Shown: in pieces, positions 63,321 to 64,000 of the stretch
Numbering within the stretch: the first letter of the stretch is position 1
Layout: each line of letters starts with the position of its first letter
From: Octopus bimaculoides
Lineage: Eukaryota
Assembly (NCBI RefSeq): GCF_001194135.2
Contig: NC_068994.1
Location: 37,327,971-37,391,970 of the forward strand
Length of the DNA stretch: 64,000 bases
Reading direction: 5' to 3'
The notes under the pieces: model-generated
The model's database searches: none
What the model was told of the DNA's origin: nothing
Seen by the model: the letters and a program-made list of their open reading frames with translations, nothing else
Position numbers and translations under genes: made by a program

Positions 63321-63935
63321 TTACATTCATATTTACGTGTGTGTGGCTATCTGTTTTTCTTATGTATCAGTGCCTTTCTCTGTTCAGCCATGGATAATGC
63401 TTTCCTGATTTGTATAGTATAGAGAAAGACAGATGCATACACATACACACACACACACACACAGACACCAACACATACCTTCATACAAGCACCACAAATA
63501 TGCACACATACACACATTCACACATACTTATCTATGTACATATAAATACATGTGGACAAAAATATATACTTGTATATATCTGTATACATATATATATACA
63601 TATATATATAATTACATATATATGTATATAGTATATGTGTGTGTGTGTATGTATATATACACTCACATACATACACATACACACATATAAGTGTATGGTT
63701 TTAATTAATTAAAAATTGGCAATAAAGAAGAATTAGTTTCTTATATTTATGTATTTTTTCTAATTATAGGAAAGTGTATGAGTGTATATTACAATCTGTG
63801 CATAAATATTAACATACATACATACATGTGTGTGTGTTTGTGTGTATTTATAAACATATATATTTGCATGAAGACACCCACACACACATACACTCACACA
63901 CCACCCAGATGCACACGCTGACACACACGTGTATC

Positions 63936-64000
<65 letters not shown>

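Overview
This is eukaryotic, AT-rich, repeat-dense DNA from a draft assembly, with about 8 kb of N in about 18 gaps that are mostly flanked by (TA)n/(CA)n. The SINE repertoire looks like that of an octopod cephalopod; this is inferred from recognition, not a database search. Almost all long ORFs in the supplied track are microsatellite or N artefacts. The supportable content is as follows. (1) A chain of small, phase-compatible candidate coding exons on the minus strand (about 54.5 kb to 24.6 kb) for an unidentified, probably membrane-associated protein, plus a possible non-coding first exon and promoter near 6.15-6.45 kb. (2) A full-length decayed Tigger/pogo transposon and a full-length decayed mariner lying tail-to-tail, two hAT MITEs and other Tc1/mariner fragments. 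(3) LINE fragments: RTE, a YADD-type RT, four restriction-like-endonuclease (HERO/NeSL/R4-type) 3' ends all embedded in (AAT)n, and a Penelope GIY-YIG remnant with an inverted pLTR. (4) At least five SINE-like families, including a nine-unit head-to-tail array spaced by (ATT)n. (5) About seven Penelope-type type-I hammerhead ribozyme motifs (CUGANGA-stem II-GAAAC-GUH), most of them decayed. One is nearly intact, and one forms the 3' module of a tRNA-headed SINE, which is the most interesting candidate system here. No CRISPR, rRNA or genuine tRNA gene was seen. No searches or folding programs were run; all calls are by eye.
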